A stretch of DNA of 63,161 bases, the filler included, from Choristocarpus tenellus KU-1152 (taxonomy: Eukaryota; Protista; Phaeophyceae), in the NCBI GenBank assembly GCA_964200185.2. It is 13 parts of 13 records of this genome, joined end to end, with 100 filler letters (N's around TTAATTAATTAA, not from the genome) between each part and the next. Parts side by side here need not be neighbours in the genome. Positions count along the whole stretch, not along the records: positions 37,651 to 44,186 come from CAXNAD020007912.1; positions 44,287 to 47,575 come from CAXNAD020021008.1; positions 47,676 to 52,620 come from CAXNAD020012428.1; positions 52,721 to 57,160 come from CAXNAD020014546.1; 9 more parts are not named here. One strand, given 5' to 3'. Every line of letters begins with the position of its first letter. Position 1 is the first letter of the stretch. Shown here in pieces: positions 40,144-53,470 of the stretch. The position numbers were made by a program, and so were the translations under genes. The notes beneath the pieces were generated by a model. That model was not told the origin of the DNA. It saw only the letters and a list, made by a program, of their open reading frames with translations, and made no database searches.

Positions 40144-42606
40144 GGTTGAAGGTGGAAGGTGAGGATCGGTTTTGTGGTTTTGAATCAGATGCGGATGTAG
40201 AGTTGTACATAGGGTATATGGGAGGTACCTCCAGGTAGTATTTGCATTTTTTTTCACACAACGAAGTGAGTTTTATAGGTTGAGATGCTTGGGACATCAG
40301 GTTAAGCTGTGGTTGGATGAATCAATCAAGTGAGGGTAGATCGCTTTGCTGAAGTTTTGTGGTCTTTATCCTCTTAAGTGGTGGTGGTGTAGGCTGATGA
40401 TGATGAGGCTCAACAAATATAGCGCTTGTAATGTGTAGAAAGCCCTCCAACAAGAAAAATGGGCGATTGGCATGCTGATAATACGGTGAACGTAGAGTTG
40501 TTTCAAGCTTGATGTTTGATTGGTTGAGATGCACTTTAGGGGGGTGGCTGATACTCAACTGTATTTCGATTGCTGTGAGTGTCAGATTCCATCTATGTCG
40601 ATATATTGTCTGCCTATGCCGTCAACCAAATACTCCGATTTATCAAGATGCAAATTTTACACTGCTGTACGTCTAATACAACTTTGAAACTTCTCCTCCG
40701 GGGTGGTCCGTGCCTCTACTTGCTGCTTGTGCTGCTCAAGGTGTGGATAGCGATATATACGATATTTGCTTGTGGCAATCATAGGTTTTTTCATCACACT
40801 TGACCCACCTCTTGCACTCACGTGACAAGTGATACAAAGAAATACCTTGCATTACATGAAAGAGCATACGTCTCTTCTTGTGGTTAATGGAGACGAGAGA
40901 TAGTGAAATCCTGTCACTATTGACATCCAATATCAAACCAACATCAAACATCTATAGTCTTTTTTGATGTGATATATTGATATTTGGTATTGGAATGGCA
41001 AATATCAAGTATTTTTTAAATCTTTTTGGCATTATATATAGATCTTTTAAATATATAGTAAATTGAGAAAAAGTTACATTTGAGACTCGTGCCTATTCTC
41101 AGTGTGTATTGCCCTTTTTTGGACTACCTTTTTTCCTTTTCAACCATGTTCCAAGATTATATTTGATCAACAATAAATAGTAATTAAATACTATCTCTTC
41201 ACCCAACACACACATTTTATCCAAGTCTGTGATGTTATGTTTTAACATGTTTCGTTATTTCAAACAGTTCCAGACTATATATCTCATGGAAGACCTTTTT
41301 GGGGGTACTGCAAAAGGGAAAGAGGGGAGCCTGGGGTGTCTGAAAATAGTTGCAGATACCACCGATCCCGGTGTAGCTATACCTAGGTACAAATATCTCA
41401 ATACTCCGTAGTATTTTTGCTATCGCCCAGGTGGTATCATGGGCTGGTAGGTCACACTACTAATGCATACATATAATGTACTAGGCAGTAGTGGGAGATT
41501 ATTGCCTCAGAATGTTTTTAGTATCTATTCGTATGTATATAGTGGAAGCGTAACTGCCATACAATGTTTTGTGGGCTGCCCAACATACTTCTACATTTTC
41601 GTTTTTATTGATAAAAAACTGAATGTTCAACTCATTGCACCCTTCCTCTTCCAAGAAGACGCACTTGCTTGTAACCATTACTTATTACCTTGAAGTATTA
41701 TTGTGTTTTTGGAAAATCGAAGCATTGACAAAAAGGTTGTAGTTAATCATTATTTGCAATCACAATCACACCCGACAAGCATGATATGCGGCCTTTCCCG
41801 CTGTACATCAAATATTACAATCATCGTTGTCATCCTTGTAATGTAATTAAGGCTTCATCAGTTAATTACAACTTGGAATAGATGCTGCTAGTAGTGCTTT
41901 CGATTGGCAACAGATGCTCCCCGATGAAACATCCATCGATTGAGTCATCACTTTATACTTTGGATCGATAGTTGTGCATGTGGTAGTGGTGAGCAGTCAG
42001 TCATCCCACTCTGCCAAACCCTACTGGTTGCATGCATGCGTGCATGCTGTTTCCACTTCTTATGCATGCTCTGTGTGTACAGAGTATTTTATATATAATG
42101 ATATAGTGTTATCATTATTACTTAGTATCATCTGGTGTTGTGGGTGGTGACTGCCTTGCCACTGTCGAAAGTATTACTGCTGTTGATCTCAAGGAGCGTC
42201 CCCATATCTTGCTGACTACATTACCACCATCACCGTCACCAGGAGGAGGACCAGCAGGGCTCAGCCATACATACCACCAGTTGTTTCTCGGCTTACTCCC
42301 CCAAACGTTCCTGATCCGACATTTTTCAGTATACTGATTGATAGGTTATGAATAGTGTAGTAGTAGGAGGTGTGGAATCCATAGTGCTTTTGCTGTGTGG
42401 AGTTCGGATAACAAATATCAGGGAACCAAATCTCTATCAAGAGAAGTGTGGTGAGGATGGTGTGGTTCCAATCCTCCAAGTTCATCTATGAACTCCCTCC
42501 ATTTTTATTTATTGTCACGATTAGGTCCACTTAGCCCACCCAGAACAGCCCAGAGCTTGTGGCAATAATAGGACAAGAAAACCCTTAGGGGTTCATCTCA
42601 ATTCTC

Positions 42607-43867
42607 ATGGTTGAACACCGAACAGCGGTTGTACTTTTTATTGCCACCCGACTATGCAGCGGTCCAGGGGGACATGGACTTCTTCCCAGTACCCCTGTCA
42701 CACGGACAAGTGAACATGCAGCAGCGCGACTTCCGTCCCGTCGGAAGGTTTCCACTTCCCAGCGACCCAGTTTGAAAAACTTGAGCGAGCAAGCGCACCA
42801 ATCCTCTCCCTTGGGGAAGAGTGAGGTGGACATTGTGGATGTCGATGCGAATTTATTACATCCCGCGTTGGTGGATGACTTGGAACTTCACCTACAGGTG
42901 CAAACTTTGTGGTTTAGAGGCTACTACGCTCCACCATTGGGCTCCGTTGCCGTACTTACATCCCAATCTGATTGCATCCAGAAGTCGATGACCCTCTCTT
43001 GTTAAACCTTTGCCTTAAAAAGTACTCTTGCATGTTTCCTAATTTTCACATTTTTCAAAGGTGGCTGCTTCTGTGGGTGTGAAGCAATTCGTTGTTCCTG
43101 GTAGTACTGTGTCTGACAGCACCAAGGCCCTGGAGCTAGCGCGTGAAAAACCAAACGTGAGGAGCACTCTTCTGCGCTGGGACATGGGATTGTTGCGGTA
43201 TTTATTGGTTAGATAGTGGATCAAAATGTCAAGTCTTTAGTGAGAACCCCCCCGCCCTTTGGTGCCACTACGAGACTGTGGCGTACAATTTTAAGCCTGG
43301 ACATTGAGAATGTCTCCATAGGGATCCATCCATCTTGGTGCAGTTGGTCCAAACAAAGAGAATACAACAGTGATGGAAGGGAAAGGACTTTGTAGGACAA
43401 TTGCATTTTATGGCCGCGTTGTGCACAGGTGATATATCCCACAGCTGGTGTTCACCCTTACAATGTAGGCGACTGTGGAGAACTGGGAGCCGCCATGGAA
43501 GCCATCGCTGTTCTCGCTAAAGATCCCACAGGTGAGCACGGGGCGATCGATCACAAAAATTAACCAACATCTGAGAGTGTCCTCGTTTTGTGCATCATTC
43601 AATGGCCTGGAAGATTCACTGCTGCATCATGCACCAAATGTTTTGTGCGGTGAACGTGACAACAACACAAATGGCACCCACTCTACGCCCCAAATCTCTG
43701 TTTCCACTACGCATGGACCATCGAACTCCCCCACTATTTGCTGCATCTAATGGGCCCCATACAAAGTGCGCTGTGTGGGGGAGTGTGGCTTGGACTTCTC
43801 TGAAGGATTCCCATCGGAAGCTCTCCAACTGCCGTGGTTTGAGAAGCAAGTGGAACTTGCGTGTCAG
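42607..43867 (+). CDS. TatD-family DNase (TatD/TATDN1-like) with N-terminal extension; 3' exons absent
   Basis: Exons 42607-42897 (ends DIVDVDANLLHPALVDDLELHLQ), 43061-43156 (VAASVGVKQFVVPGSTVSDSTKALELAREKPN), 43429-43531 (VIYPTAGVHPY...), 43767-43867 (phase-1 junction; VRCVGECGLDFSEGFPSEALQLPWFEKQVELACQ). TAGVHP, VGECGLD and Q..WFE.Q..LA are TatD motifs. Confidence 0.9.
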
Positions 43868-44286
43868 GTAGGGTGTTGGGTTTCGTAGATGTTGGTGCCA
43901 GATCACAAGGAAGTTAACTTCAGTGTTGACAAACCTGTCAGCAAGTCATCCTTTGCTAGCTTTATGTGTTGTGCGCCAACCTCCTCACCATTTTGTCTCC
44001 TGGGGTCATATTCATGGCCGTTTGGTGCCAACATTGTGACTACAGCTGAGAAAGCCACTCTTCCTCCATGAGAGGAATGCATTTCTTCCATTTGTTGAGG
44101 TGAATGGCTAGCCCCCCCCCCCCTGTACCCTTGTCCCCCTGCATTGGGTCTTGAAATTTAGTTGGTGTTCAGCTTGGGGTTGGGTTNNNNNNNNNNNNNN
44201 NNNNNNNNNNNNNNNNNNNNNNNNNNNNNNTTAATTAATTAANNNNNNNNNNNNNNNNNNNNNNNNNNNNNNNNNNNNNNNNNNNN

Positions 44287-44604
44287 ATAATTGTGACATG
44301 AACAAATTGACCCCAAATGGACAGTCGCCATCCCCCCCCCCCAGATACTTTGAGTGACTGAGTGAGCGAGGGTGTGGAGAATTATAAACAGAGTTGGTGG
44401 TACTGGTTGTAGCATTCTTGAGGCTCAAAGTATCTGGGGGGGGGGCTGGCGTCTGCTCATTTGGGGCCCATTTTTCTATGTCACGGTTTTAGGGTGATTT
44501 GGTTGCATGTATCGGATGGATAATGTAAGTGCACTTTTCCTAGTCAGGGCCCAAATGGACACCCTGATGTACACTTCTCCCCCCTCCCCCAAATACTTTG
44601 AGCC
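44287..44604. mobile_element. Two MITE family B copies (44287-44356 partial; 44422-44604 full)
   Basis: TIR GGCTCAAAGTATCT/AATACTTTGAGCC and core GGATGGATAATGTAAGTGCAC. Confidence 0.82.
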
Positions 44605-46020
44605 TGATTAGTTGACCGAGAATCAGGGTGTGGAGGCTGACCTTGGTCTGAGCACCAACAAATACATAGTGCGTACATACATCGATAAGGAAGGTAAGGT
44701 TGCAGTAGTAGCACCAGTATAATAGTAATTATAATCACTCTCAGTAGATAGATTAAGAGGTAGATAGATGGCCATCACACGTCTAAGATGTACTCAGGAG
44801 TAGTAGTATGTACAACGCAGCAACAAAAAACATAAAAAAGAAAAAGAAAAAGAAGGAACTGAAGGATGATGCTGGAGGCCACTACTCAATGAAGAAGGCG
44901 CAATGCTAAAAGTATAGTCGTAGTTTAATGTCGCCTGCATATTAATATCACAAATCTCAGTGACGTAGACCAAGCTGTGGCGGGTCCTCGATATAGCACT
45001 AAAATATCGTTTGCACCATTTAGTTAACTTACGCATTCATAAAGCTTGACGAATTAAAACTGTAGAGGCACTCTTTCTTGTCAATTTCCTAGCAACTCAT
45101 TCTCAATAAGACAGTCACTAACAATTTCTTCCATCCACTGTTATCTCTTTCACACTGATGTTCCTTTAAGGGGAGGTTAACGAGTCTAGCGTATTTTCAT
45201 CTGACCTAATCCGTTTTCTGTTCCAACTTATCTATTAAGAGTACTCCCTCTTTTTTTGGCTAAAGAAAGTATTCGCGATCTTTTGATACCTATCATCATG
45301 GAGCTCAAAGAAAATGCACTAGGTCGGAATATTGATACTCTGGATTCATTCGAGCCCCACCTCTTTCACATGAGACAAGCAGTACGAAATTGAGGTGTCT
45401 GAGGTGAGAACATGTACGTATATTCTCTCCTTTTTTCATCTCACGAATACACGATAAGAAAGAGGTATCTCTTCCATCCTGGTAGGGCAGGATGTGCTTA
45501 CTTACATCTTGATGATTCATGGGTGGCACAGCAAAATTTCATGCGTAGTGCACGACCACTTTGTAGAAGTAACATAGATTATGCATGATTTGGAGTTATT
45601 ATGATCTGAAAAGGAAGGCAGCCTCCTCAGAAACGAGTAAGCCACACATCATTTCCTTGTTGCACTGTCCCCCTTAGTACATGCACCAACGGCATCTATT
45701 CCTACACCATCCTATTCCACGTTATTCTCGTTTTTCTCCTTTCATACTCCCCCTCTCATTTCCATTCGATGCCTTCTTCTCACAACCTAAACACACGAAC
45801 ATACATAATCTACTTGTAAACACTCACACAAAGCATGGGGATCAAAGAAGATGTATCCAGTTCAAGGAAATCATATTTTTTTGCTGAAACACACCGTCGC
45901 ACACATTGCATCGAAATGAGAAAAAAAAACAGTCGCATTAACCCTTACGAACAATCGCACCCCCCCTCTAGGATACTCCCCCTTGAAGCAACATACAAGG
46001 TAGAGCATCATCAAAATCTT

Positions 46021-46280
46021 GAGTGAAAGTATCTTGGAGAGTAGGAGTCTTGCCCTATTTGTCCGTTTTGAGGTTGGCTCCCAACAGTGTTTTTTATGAT
46101 ATTTTACCTACTCCGAAACATTTGGGGAGTAGGTAAAATGTATACGTTATGAAGTGGTGTGTGCGGAACAAGTATATTGACACTTCCCAACAAACACGAT
46201 AGCCAAAATTACATCACAATCGCAACACTGGATTGTGTCCCCAATCGGACACGACTGTACCCTCTAAGATACTTTGACTC
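46021..46280. mobile_element. MITE family A copy
   Basis: GAGTGAAAGTATCTT...AAGATACTTTGACTC. TSD TCTT. Confidence 0.88.
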
Positions 46281-47675
46281 TCTTGTTGTATCATTGTCTT
46301 GCGTTCTTCTTCTGTGGGATTCATACTGAGCTTATTTTTTTCCCCTTCAAGTAGGGCTAGGGTAAGCATCTATGATTATTCAAGGGTTGCTGTTTATTTG
46401 TAACCTACCACATGTGTATCACCTCAGTCACTCAGTAATAGTAGTAGCTGATAGACCCTATTGTACAATATTGCTGGGTTATATGTATCATGTCTTAAAT
46501 ATCATCTATTAGTAACTTTAAAAAGCTTCTTGAGAGTGCGAACGATTGCGATTACTACTTTTCAAATTTCTGGTGTCTTGTTTAAATAATTTAAGAGCAG
46601 AGAAATAACATACATACATTTGTAGGTGAGGGTGACAATGTGATTCTTCAGCTGTTTTTGTTTTTGCTATTTATATGTGCGTGATGTATATCGACATCCT
46701 AACTAAGAGAGGTTACTATCGAGACCAAAAGAGATAAAATGTCTGCAAGGGCGGCCTTTCTCAGTCAAAAGTAGCAACCCCGGCAGGAAAGGGTGCAGCA
46801 AGCTGGTAGAGTATGCAATTTGAGTAAGGTTTAAAATTAATTGCTGTTTGTATGTATCATGATATATTTATGTTTTCAGATCGTCTATCACGCATGCAGG
46901 GACGGATGCATATCAACCTTTTCAACTTTTGAAAAGTGTGTTAACAACTACATGATAGTAGTAGTGGTATCAAATCTTACATGAAATGCGAAGTGTGAGT
47001 GCAGTTCATTTAGAAGGGGGCAGTCTGGAGTAATGGAAGAGTAGAACATCAAATGAATGCCCCTGATGAATATTTAGCAAAGCAAATGCATACACGAACG
47101 TCTCAGGTCTCTGAACGTGGGTGGCGACGTGAACCAATGGGTGGTGTTGATAGGGCAGCAGCAAGGTGGACAGGAATGGAATCAAGGTGAAGAAGAGAGT
47201 GAGATGATCCGAGATGGATGGTATAGGCAACCCCAAGACAGTGTGTGTAGCTGCACGAACAAGATGCGCACGAATCAGCTCGAGTAGAGAGGAAATAACA
47301 TTTACTTCAAGTCTCACGCTTTGGACAGAACAGCTCGCAACACAACCCAGTGAAGAGTCCATGCCGTTTCTGAAAACACCTTGGACGAAAAGTTAATGGA
47401 TAGTCAGCATCAGTGAATCAACGCGAGAGCTAGTGGGCAAGGCTCTTGAGCTGTCACAAACCCCCCAGGCTTCTGTTCTACCTGTGGTATTATAGGGTAA
47501 GTGTATTTAACAGCCTCTCAACAAAATTGAGGATGGAGCATACTATGGAGGATGAGTTTGACCCAAAATGGTGCGNNNNNNNNNNNNNNNNNNNNNNNNN
47601 NNNNNNNNNNNNNNNNNNNTTAATTAATTAANNNNNNNNNNNNNNNNNNNNNNNNNNNNNNNNNNNNNNNNNNNN

Positions 47676-48173
47676 CTATTGGTCAAGGATGTCATCCCGG
47701 CAATCAAGGCCCGCATGCCTAGGCTGGAAGGACACACCATCTTCGTGCAGCAGGGCGAGGCAAAGACACACACCAAGGATGGGATCATGGAGGCAATTTA
47801 AGAGGCAGTGTGGGATGGCATTGTCATAGAGACCCACCCACCAACTCACCTGACCTCAACATCGACGACATGGGATTCTTTTATTTCATCCAGTAACTGA
47901 AGGAAGACGTGGGGGAGATCAACACAGAGGAGGTGGTGGAGGTCACAATGGAGTTGTCCCATGTGTACCCCCGGGAAACACTAGAGCATATCTGGCAGAG
48001 TTCTCCACAGTGTGCAGTGAAGCGATGGGATCCAAGGATGACACGTCTTCAAAATTCCTCATCTTAGCAATTAAAAGGCTGACAAGGAGGGCAAGCTCTC
48101 CTCAAATGCCCTGGTGGATGCAGCGAAATATTGTGCTGGAATGGAGTTTTGGAGGGCTTCAGGGGTGGAATAA
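47676..48173 (+). mobile_element. Tc1/mariner (plant-mariner-like) transposase C-terminal remnant
   Basis: VIPAIKARMP...TIFVQQGEAKTH...PNSPDLNIDDMGFF..IQ*L...YPRETLEHIWQS matches QQDNA..H / PPNSPDLNVLDLGFF. Contains stops and frameshifts. Confidence 0.8.
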
Positions 48174-48368
48174 TAATTAGGTGTTGTCTGCCCGATTTTG
48201 GTTGAGACGTTGGTGGGTAAACTTGTAGTATCTACACAACACACTCATAAAATATTGATTCGTGAAAAGTCTTGCTTCTTGTTCGGGGCTGCAAAAGTTT
48301 TGTTACATTTAATTCTGAATGGAGAACGTAGAAATTAGTAATACGGTATAACTAAGATAAAACTGTTT

Positions 48369-48618
48369 GAGTCAAAGCATTTAAGAGGGTAGGGCTATGC
48401 CCATTTGAGCTCATAAACCCAATGTTATGATTTTGGTTAATTTTAGCTATCTTGTTTGTTAGCAAGTGACAATATCCTTGCTCTGGACACACTTTTCAGA
48501 GTCGTATACACTTTGTGCAACTGTGTTCACACAGCAAACCGAAAGAGGGCATCAAAAACCCGTTGGAAGCCAAGCCCTGAACCGGGCAAAACTCTACCCT
48601 CTAAAGTGCTCTTGACTC
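48369..48618. mobile_element. MITE family A, diverged copy
   Basis: GAGTCAAAGCATTTAAGAGGG...CCCTCTAAAGTGCTCTTGACTC. Confidence 0.75.
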
Positions 48619-48974
48619 TGTTGACAGACATTTTATGTGGAATTATCTGTACTGCTGAAAGAAATTGCACATTCTGTTTTTTTATTCCCACTGACATTTT
48701 TCATTCGGAAGGGGAGGGAAATACCAAAATCAAGGCTACAAAAGCTTTTGATATAAGTAGGCCACTTTCAAAAGATTTCTCCAAGAAAAAGTCCCCTTAT
48801 AGACTGCTTTGTACAAACAAATGCAAATACATAGTGCTCTGGTGTCATGCCGCTCAACCAAGTGCTGATTTCCAATGTGGCTGTAAATTTCTGGATGAGT
48901 CAGCATCCTGTCAGGACAAATGCATCGATTTAAAACACTGATAGTTGGGAGCACTAGAGCGGCTCTTGTGTAAT

Positions 48975-49926
48975 ATGCTTTACGCTGATGATACGGGCAA
49001 TATCTCCAAGAACTAAGGAGGATTGGCCAGGATGATGATGGTGATTGTGAAAGCGGCAAGGTCATTCGGTCTAACTATGTCAGTGCCAAAGACAGAGACC
49101 ATGTGTCTTTGGCCTCCTTTTTAAGGCTGTATATATATTGTTGTGCCATACATTTGGCAGGTATCTCAGGAGAGGGAGAAGACACATTTCAGGCGCTGGA
49201 CCAGAACTACAAGCGGACTGATCAGTTTGCTTATCTTGGGGTCACTATTAATGACAAAGTCACTACCACTGCTGAGATCATCCAGAGGATCAAGAAAGGT
49301 TGGAGCTGTTCTTGCAAATACAGCCAGGTGTTACATGAGGATTCTAATAGAATGCTCAAGGTCATGCTTCTTGAAGTTCTGTTGTATGGTTGTATGAAGT
49401 AGACGCTCCACCAGGCTTATCATCTGAAGCCCTGTTTACACAATAACATTTCTTGTCTGCTGCGTAGGTTTCCACAAAAGGGAATCCAGTGATCATGTAC
49501 TGGGCTGCAATCGTCACTTACAATCATTTTAAAGACAGAAATGCACGAGATGGAGCTAATAATGGCTCTAGACTCTCTTGAATGGCGATATTCCTGATGG
49601 AGAAGAGAGTAAAATGACATCAGTTTCTGATACATTTTTTAAAGAAGATGCTCATGGAAAGACAATGTGAGAGTATTGAGGTGACTGTACCCAACCGAAG
49701 ACTCCTATTTGCTGGGTCAGTTACACTCATGGGGAGCTTGCAGATGGAAAACAGAAGCGAGATGGACACAGGAGAACTGGTCGACATGTGTCCAAGACGA
49801 CCTTCACAAGTTTATGGATTGCAGTCGAGGGATGGAGCACCAGCGCCACTAACATTAAATGGTATGAGTGTGCAGCTGGCAGCACAACGAGCTACATGGC
49901 AGAGTGATATTCCAAGGAAGCTATAA
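48975..49926 (+). mobile_element. RTE-clade LINE reverse transcriptase 3' fragment, degenerate
   Basis: MLYADDTG...GLARMM.VIV....FGLT.S..KTETMCL, F.YLG..I, EVLLYGC and RRLLFAG.V. Multiple stops. Confidence 0.8.
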
Positions 49927-52720
49927 TGGTTGATGTACATCATGCCAAAGCATTAGTTCAAGGATTAGCTCAACTAACCACCACCACCACCATCACTGCA
50001 GAATGTTGCTTTCTTATTCAAGACTATTCTGCCAATTAAATTTCTCTCACTAATGGGTCAACATACGACACATTGAGTAATTGACTTATGCATGACATAG
50101 ATGAAAGTGCTCCAAATTTTGCCTTCAACAGTATATTCCGTTGATTAGTAGTAGACAAGAGACGTACCCCAGTTTGGCTCGACATATAGTCTTCTCTTAT
50201 GCAAGCAAGAATCAACATATATCTAAACATCATACTGAGTACTTTGTTGACATGAATGTTTTGCAGAGAGAGGTGAAACAATAATATATACTCGAAAATT
50301 TAATGAGGGGTAAAACTATTTTAATGTTGGGTGGTGCTAAGCTTGTGTGCAGAGTGGTATGTAGCCTAGGAAACCCAAACAGAGCCCCACTAAAAAATCG
50401 GTTACTCATCCAGTTCACTAAGAAGCAACCTGAAGTACAAACCACAGTATATCTGCCTCGAAGTGCTACGACAATTCTGCTGAAAAGGGAGATTCAGATG
50501 TACTATTTTATTGATTGTGCCTGGCTGTGGCTGCAATCAATAATCCCGCCATGCACACACATAAAAATTATCAGATGGGAAAGTAGGGCAACGTGAAACG
50601 CACGATGGCTGCACAGCTATACTTTCACCCACTCTGAAGTCTGTTCTTCTTATGCCTAAAGTGTGACTTCAGGTTAAATATCTTGCCCATACTGTTGCCT
50701 CGCTGTGTGCACCAAAATCAAGAAGAGCGATGCAGCAGGATACAACCAAAATGATTCGTGGAACAGGAGTGACAGTAACAACATAAATCTACATGTTAAA
50801 TTTACGAAGGGGAAGAAGGCATCCAATGCAGGGCAACAATCACATCTCATCTTCTCATCATACCCGTGCAGTTCTTGTAGTCATAATTGCTAGTAGTATC
50901 CATCGTACCCACTGACTTGAAGCAATGCTCTGATTCCCCAAGGTGACACATACTATCTACTCCCACTCCTCTCCATCTCCTACAGGCGAAATGTGTGTAA
51001 GGCGTCAAGGCCCCTAAAGCTAGTTGAGTATCCTGCTCTGTCAATACCACAGCTTCGCAGATACGCCATGATGACCTTTGCTTCAAAGTCATTGGTCGGG
51101 TGGTCCAACCTCTGTTGGAGTACACGTTGGCCCCAGAATGAAGCTGGGGCTGTTGCTGCTACCTAACATAAGCAGTGCACGCATGAAACAAAGAAACGGA
51201 CACTGAACACATACAATTGAAGGGCATCGACTAAAAGAACATGGTCGTCATGTCTGATTCTGAGTAGAGGCAACCTATCTGTGATACTGCCCTCTGGGAC
51301 ATAGGCTGATTGGGTAACGGGACCAGTGGTGCTGTCTCGTACTGTATGGGTGCTAGGGACTTGCACGGCTCATCCAGTAGACAGAGACACAGCCTCTGTC
51401 TGCGACAATCTAGGGTGCTGATGGTACAGCACGCACACAGTGATACGCATACATACTGATATTGCACATTAATCAAGTCACCCTAACAATAAACAGAAAC
51501 ATAATACTCAATATAATAATAATAATAATAATAATAATAAGAGGAGTACTTCACATGTATCAATGAATCTGATTCGATTTACACCATCCACCAAATCAAT
51601 ATAAAAGGTCAAGATAGAATAGAGTGTTGTTGACAGTTTCATGGGTTTTATCAGCTGCCTTTGTTCGAGTTTATTGCACCATAACAAATGCCGATTTGGG
51701 ACCCATTTTCTGTTGGTCGCAAACCCCCCCCAAGAACAAACACACTGAAAAAAAAGTGCCATATCCAACAACAGAATACTTTCTATAATCAAAGTTCCAA
51801 CTGACTCTCAGACTAGCCCCCTATTATATGCAGTGTGTACAGCATACAGTCTGGTTACCCAACCTGATTCTGCGACCAAAACAGGCTGGCATGACCCCAG
51901 CTTGCAACTATTGGAGTTGTCTGAATAGGGGGGGGCAAAGCTTACACCGTAAATAGACTTCTTTCACTCCTCTTCAACACGATGTGTCAACAACATATTT
52001 GCTGCAAGTGCTTGCTTTTCATACCACGGACTCTCTCTTTCCCATTCCATCAACTAATCTTGTTGTTGATAATCCCGGGGTGACTCTGCCACGGCTTGTC
52101 CCCGACAAAGTTGGTGGGCTCCATCACATACTTCGGTTCAGGATAAGATTACTTCGACACACACCGCTAAAAAAAAAAAAAAAAAAAAAACTGGACTCGA
52201 TCGGACAACTTTAAAGTGCACAGCAGTAGCACTGTTTTGGCAACAGTGCCTTTTGAAGTCGAACAGTTCGTCTTTTCGCTGCGTGTACCGCTTGTAAGTC
52301 GAAACAACCGAGAGAGGAGTAAAAACATCTTTTTCCTTCTTTTTTTTTTTCTCGCCAGTTACGAGTTTCAACGGTTTCAGTTCTTCTTTTTCTTTTTTTT
52401 TCTTTTTCCAACATCGCTTGAGTAGAAAGATCGAGGCGTTTCGTTTTGACAAAAAAAAAGGGCCCATCCCTATGGATAACCTGCTTCTGCAAACTGATTG
52501 TACTCACGAGGAAGAGAAAATGCACTCCACAACTAAGGACTGTGTGGTCCAAAGAAATGTGCCACCAGGAAGTCAAGAGGTACTCTTAAAACTCCGCGGG
52601 ACCCACACCCCCCCACCCCCNNNNNNNNNNNNNNNNNNNNNNNNNNNNNNNNNNNNNNNNNNNNTTAATTAATTAANNNNNNNNNNNNNNNNNNNNNNNN
52701 NNNNNNNNNNNNNNNNNNNN

Positions 52721-53470
52721 CAACGAAAGAAGTCCATGCTCTGTGGAGAGACTTGTTGCCTTGGCTGGCAAGGGTTTCCGTGGATGGTTTTAACTCTGAT
52801 TATATTATATCCAGGTGTGCAGCTGGTGCACTCATTGCAGAGTGAGTTTGGTGCATTATGAGTGATCAATGGCAGCCATGAAAAAAAAAAAATCATCAAC
52901 GTACAACTTGTCATCGTCTGCTGCTGATAAGAAGAAGAAACAGTGAAGAAAAACAAACAAGAGAACAAGAGAACAAGAGAACAAAATTGAACCAATGTGT
53001 GATGCAACTCAAGTAATGTATACTATTCTTGCGTGTGGAACGCAGAGCGACTGTTCTGTACTACGGTGTTCTGATGGCAATTGAGAGTGAAAGTATCTTA
53101 GAGGGTACGAGTTTTGCCCTGTTTGTCTATTTAAACCTTGACTTCCGACGGTGTATTTTACGATATTTTCCTACTCCAAAACGTTTCGGGGTAGATAAAA
53201 TGTATACACGTTATGGAAAGGTGTGTCCGGAACATGGATATTGACACTTCCTAACAAACACAATTCGTCAAAATTACATCAAAATTACAACATTGACTTT
53301 TGACCCCCAAATGGACGCGGCTCTACCCTCTAAGATTCTTTGGCTCTTGATGTGGTGATGAACTTGTGACAGTAACGTCCAGAGCGTAACAGACCAATCA
53401 ACAGTCAGTGTTGACTGATAGAACTGTATCGTATCAAGAAACAAACAGATGAGTAGCCTATGTTTTAGCA
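52721..53470. mobile_element. Second, related LTR copy (left-truncated by gap) containing a MITE
   Basis: Shares GATGGTTTT..AACTCTG.TTATATTA (about 52782 vs about 56341) and TGTATCGTATCAA..AAAA/C...ATGAGTAGCCTATG (53425-53463 vs 56655-56691) with the solo LTR. Ends TTTTAGCA at 53470. Confidence 0.7.
53085..53346. mobile_element. MITE family A copy nested in an LTR
   Basis: GAGTGAAAGTATCTTAGAGGG...CTCTAAGATTCTTTGGCTC. TSD TTGA. Confidence 0.88.

Noticed and set aside
43761-43770. Apparent non-canonical acceptor or frameshift in TatD exon 4
   Set aside because: Resolved as a normal phase-1 intron (G|gtgag...aag|TG).
50900-51400. Coding-like minus-strand blocks (VATAPASFWGQRVLQQRLDHPTNDFEAKVIMAYLRSCG)
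   Set aside because: Contain stops, show no recognisable family, and could not be joined into a consistent model.
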